DNA of 64,000 nucleotides from OCS155 cluster bacterium AG-333-G23 (GTDB lineage: Bacteria > Actinomycetota > Acidimicrobiia > Actinomarinales > Actinomarinaceae): positions 8,752 through 72,751 of the forward strand of contig QBZE01000002.1 of the NCBI GenBank assembly GCA_003282445.1. Reading direction: 5' to 3'. A program made the translations under genes and the position numbers. The notes under the pieces were generated by a model. The model did no database searches. It had not been told where the DNA came from and saw only the letters and a list, made by a program, of their open reading frames with translations. Positions 60,793 through 64,000 of this stretch are shown here, one piece after another (position 1 is the stretch's first letter; every line of letters starts with the position of its first letter).

Positions 60793-61809
60793 ATGGAAAC
60801 TAAAATTATATATGATGATTCGATTGACCAAGATTTAATTAAGTCAAAAAAAGTTACTGTAATTGGATTCGGTAGCCAAGGTCATGCCCACGCACTTAAT
60901 CTACATGAATCAGGTGTGGATGTTACTGTAGGATTAAGAGAGTCTTCTGAATCATTTAAAAGAGCATCTGATATGGGATTAAAAGTTGAGAATGTAAAAG
61001 ATGCAACTTCTGGGGCAGATGTAGTTATGCTTCTATTGCCCGATCAGCTCATGGCTGATATATATAACAGTGATATTGCACCACATATGAAAGATGGTTC
61101 TACATTGTTATTTGCACATGGATTTAATATTCATTTTGGTGAAATAATTCCCCGTGAAGATATATCTATAGGCATGGTAGCTCCTAAAGGGCCTGGTCAC
61201 TTACTCAGAAGGACTTATGAGGAGAATTCTGGGATGCCTTGTTTAGTAGCAGTAGATAAAGATGTAAGTGGTAATACATTTGAATTAGCACTCTCCTACT
61301 CTTCAGCTATTGGTGGAGGTAAAGCAGGAATTTTAAAGACAACATTCAAAGAAGAAACTGAAACGGATTTATTTGGTGAGCAAGTTGTTTTATGTGGTGG
61401 TTTAACGGAATTAATTAGAAATGGTTTTGAAACTTTAGTTGAAGCAGGATATCAACCAGAAAGTGCGTATTTTGAAACATTACATGAAGTAAAACTAATA
61501 GTTGACCTTATGTATGAAGGTGGATTTGAATGGATGAGACATTCTATATCAGATACCGCAGAATATGGGGATTTTTCAAGAGGTTCAAGAATCATTACAG
61601 ATGATACAAAAAAAGAAATGAAAAAAGTTCTTGAAGAAATACAATCTGGTGCATTTGCAAAAGAATGGATGGCTCAAGCTAGAGAAGGTGCCCCTTTTCT
61701 TAATCAAAAAAGAGAAGAGGCTTCTAAACATCAACTTGAAAGTATTGGAAAAGATTTAAGAGAAATGATGCCTTTTTTAAATGCTAAGGACACTAAAAAA
61801 GATATATGA
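60793..61809 (+). CDS. ilvC: Ketol-acid reductoisomerase (NADP+)
   Basis: 338 aa. Rossmann '[13 protein letters not shown]', '[10 protein letters not shown]', class I KARI. Confidence 0.95.
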   Translation: METKIIYDDSIDQDLIKSKKVTVIGFGSQGHAHALNLHESGVDVTVGLRESSESFKRASDMGLKVENVKDATSGADVVMLLLPDQLMADIYNSDIAPHMKDGSTLLFAHGFNIHFGEIIPREDISIGMVAPKGPGHLLRRTYEENSGMPCLVAVDKDVSGNTFELALSYSSAIGGGKAGILKTTFKEETETDLFGEQVVLCGGLTELIRNGFETLVEAGYQPESAYFETLHEVKLIVDLMYEGGFEWMRHSISDTAEYGDFSRGSRIITDDTKKEMKKVLEEIQSGAFAKEWMAQAREGAPFLNQKREEASKHQLESIGKDLREMMPFLNAKDTKKDI

Positions 61810-63296
61810 GTTCAGATCAATTAATAATTTTTGACACAACCTTAAGGGATGGTGAGCAGAGCCCTGGTATAGCTCTTACCCCATCTGAAAAGCTCTTAAT
61901 AGCTCAACAGTTAGAAAAATTAAAGGTTGATGTTATTGAAGCAGGTTTCGCAGCTTCATCTCCAGGAGATTGGGACGGAGTTAATTTAATAGCAAATAAT
62001 ATAAAAGGTTCTACTATTGCATCTCTTGCAAGGTGTGTACCTGATGATATAGAACAAGCTTGGGAAGCCATAAAGGTAGCTGATAGATCTAGGATTCATG
62101 TATTCACTTCTACATCTGACATACATATGGAGCATATGTTAAGAAAAACTAAAGAAGAAGTATTAAAAGATGCTAGAGAATCTGTAAAGTATGCTAAAAA
62201 ACTTTGTGATGATGTGGAATTTTCAGCTCAAGATGCAACCAGAACAGATAAAGATTTTCTTATTGAGATCTTAAAAGTAGCAGTTGAAGAAGGTGCTACA
62301 ACAATTAACGTTCCAGATACTGTAGGGTACGCAACACCATCTGATTATTTAGAGTTGCTTAAGGGCGTATATGATGAAGTTAAAGGAAAAAATGAAGATA
62401 TTATAATTTCTACACATTGTCATAACGATTTGGGCCTTGCTGTAGCAAACTCTTTGACTGCTATTACAGCAGGTGCTCGACAAATAGAAGGAGCTATAAA
62501 TGGTATTGGTGAAAGAGCTGGAAATACATCGACTGAAGAAATTATAATGGCAGTAAAAACTAGGCAAGATCAATATGGTGTCGATATAAATGCTGAAACA
62601 ACTGAAATATTAGAAACATCAAGGCTTGTTTCGAAATTAACCGGTTACCCAGTTCAGTACAACAAAGCAGTAGTTGGAAAGAATGCTTTTAGTCATGAAT
62701 CCGGAATACATCAACATGGATACCTCAGAAATAAATTGACCTATGAAATCATGACTCCTGATTCAGTAGGTCAAGAAGCAAAAATTGTATTAGGGAAGCA
62801 CTCAGGGAGAGCGGGATTTAAAGATGCTCTTGATAAATTAAATATTGAACTTGATGAAGAGTCATTCAATACAAGTTTTGAAACATTAAAAAAGATAGCT
62901 GATAGAAAAGGTGAAATTGTTGAAAGTGAACTTCTTGCAATTGTTGGTCAAGTTTCTACTCACTCAGCGCCTGTTAAATTAATTTCAGTATCTGTAAATA
63001 GTAAAGATGCATACGCTTCAGCAACTGTAACATTAAATGTAGAAGGTGAAGAAAAAACAGAAAGTGCCGAGGGAGATGGAATGATTGATGCCGCTTTTAC
63101 AGCAGTTAAAACTATTTTAAATTCTGATGCAAAACTAATTGACTATAAAGTTGACAGTATTACTAAGGGTTCAGATTCAACAGCCGAAATAGTGACAATT
63201 GTAAACGATGGCCATAACTTAAAGCAAGGAAGAGCAGTCTCAACTGATGTTGTACAAGGTTCTGTAGAATCTTTTCTAAATGCTCTTAATAAATAA
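61806..63296 (+). CDS. leuA: 2-isopropylmalate synthase (short form with C-terminal LeuA dimer domain); citramalate synthase cannot be excluded
   Basis: 496 aa. '[13 protein letters not shown]' and '[14 protein letters not shown]' HMGL-like motifs, plus a C-terminal regulatory domain. Lies between ilvC and leuB. Confidence 0.8.
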   Translation: MSSDQLIIFDTTLRDGEQSPGIALTPSEKLLIAQQLEKLKVDVIEAGFAASSPGDWDGVNLIANNIKGSTIASLARCVPDDIEQAWEAIKVADRSRIHVFTSTSDIHMEHMLRKTKEEVLKDARESVKYAKKLCDDVEFSAQDATRTDKDFLIEILKVAVEEGATTINVPDTVGYATPSDYLELLKGVYDEVKGKNEDIIISTHCHNDLGLAVANSLTAITAGARQIEGAINGIGERAGNTSTEEIIMAVKTRQDQYGVDINAETTEILETSRLVSKLTGYPVQYNKAVVGKNAFSHESGIHQHGYLRNKLTYEIMTPDSVGQEAKIVLGKHSGRAGFKDALDKLNIELDEESFNTSFETLKKIADRKGEIVESELLAIVGQVSTHSAPVKLISVSVNSKDAYASATVTLNVEGEEKTESAEGDGMIDAAFTAVKTILNSDAKLIDYKVDSITKGSDSTAEIVTIVNDGHNLKQGRAVSTDVVQGSVESFLNALNK

Positions 63297-63298
63297 TA

Positions 63299-64000
63299 AT
63301 GAATAACTACAACATATCTCTTTTACCTGGTGATGGCACAGGCCCAGAAGTAATAAATGAAACTGTAAAAATACTAGAAAAAACTGAGGCAAAATATGAT
63401 GTAAAATTTAATTTTACTAATAATGATCTTGGTGGTGATAGATTTTTAAAATCAAATGAATTAGTAACTTCAAAAGATTTAGATGAGCTTGGTAGTAGTG
63501 ATGCAATACTTCTTGGAGCTATAGGTCACCCAGATGTAAAGCCAGGAATATTAGAGCAAGGTATTTTATTGAATCTGAGAAAAGAGTTTGACCAATACAT
63601 CAATCTTCGTCCAGTAGTCTTATATCCGGGTGTTGAGACTCCTCTTGCTAACAAAGGTCCTGAAGATATTAATTTCACTGTCGTAAGAGAAAACACAGAA
63701 GGTCTTTATGCCGGGGCTGGAGGATACATACACTATGGAACAGAAAGTGAAGTCGCAACACAAGAATCAATTAATACATGGAAAGCAATAAACCGGTGTA
63801 TTGTTTATGCATTTGAGTATGCAAAACAAAATGATAGAAGAAAGATAACGCTTTGCGCTAAAACAAATGTATTGACTTATGCACATGATTTATGGGAAAG
63901 AATTTTTTATGATGTTGCAGAAAATTATCCAGAAATTGAAACAGATTATGGACACGTCGACGCTGTTTGCATGTGGATGGTTAAAAATCCAGAGTGGTTT
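63299..64000 (+). CDS. leuB: 3-isopropylmalate dehydrogenase, 5' partial in window (runs off the 3' edge)
   Basis: Manual translation: ATG at 63299 gives 'MNNYNISLLPGDGTGPEVINE...', the isopropylmalate/isocitrate dehydrogenase N-terminus. Open in frame to base 64000, so not in the ORF track. Confidence 0.8.
   Translation, partial: MNNYNISLLPGDGTGPEVINETVKILEKTEAKYDVKFNFTNNDLGGDRFLKSNELVTSKDLDELGSSDAILLGAIGHPDVKPGILEQGILLNLRKEFDQYINLRPVVLYPGVETPLANKGPEDINFTVVRENTEGLYAGAGGYIHYGTESEVATQESINTWKAINRCIVYAFEYAKQNDRRKITLCAKTNVLTYAHDLWERIFYDVAENYPEIETDYGHVDAVCMWMVKNPEWF

Noticed and set aside
1-64000. Search for CRISPR arrays, IS/transposase, integrase, rRNA and prophage signatures
   Set aside because: There are no regularly spaced direct repeats, no transposase or integrase-like ORFs, and no rRNA-like GC-rich segments. 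The only RNA genes are the two tRNA-Leu.

Overview
This 64 kb window is very AT-rich (about 30% GC by eye) and almost gap-free (largest intergenic gap about 130 bp). It looks like core chromosome from a genome-streamlined Actinobacterium (inference only). The gene content and order are actinobacterial hallmarks: an ftsA-less ftsQ-ftsZ with sepF downstream, DUF3040 upstream of mraZ, a type-2 IleS, rapZ next to uvrC, and a MerR-like regulator near the dcw cluster.

Four conserved blocks on the minus strand:
- Repair and glycolysis: coaE-uvrB-uvrA-uvrC-rapZ-pgk-tpiA-gpmA-secG-tRNA-Leu(UAA).
- Replication and translation: rpsA-polA-tRNA-Leu(CAA), then nth-ccdA-ygfZ-like.
- dnaE1-rluA-lspA-dksA-like, with ileS on the opposite strand.
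- A complete division and cell-wall (dcw) cluster: DUF3040-MerR-HNH-mraZ-rsmH-ftsL-ftsI-murE-mraY-murD-ftsW-murG-murC-murB-ftsQ-ftsZ-pgeF-yggS-sepF-yggT.

On the plus strand there is an ilvB-ilvN-ilvC-leuA-leuB(partial) operon. It is preceded by a Leu/Ile/Val-rich leader peptide and a terminator hairpin (candidate attenuator).

The most interesting points are what is missing from otherwise perfectly conserved syntenic blocks (basis: established actinobacterial gene order; whether the genes are absent genome-wide cannot be judged from one window):
- no murF between murE and mraY;
- no divIVA after yggT;
- no yvcK-whiA-gap between rapZ and pgk;
- a UvrC lacking its C-terminal HhH domain.

Other points: a sigma70-like mraZ promoter full of direct repeats (candidate MraZ operator), an inverted repeat that would sequester the rsmH ribosome-binding site, and an HNH nuclease retained next to mraZ.

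I saw no CRISPR array, IS element, integrase, rRNA or obvious defence/toxin system.
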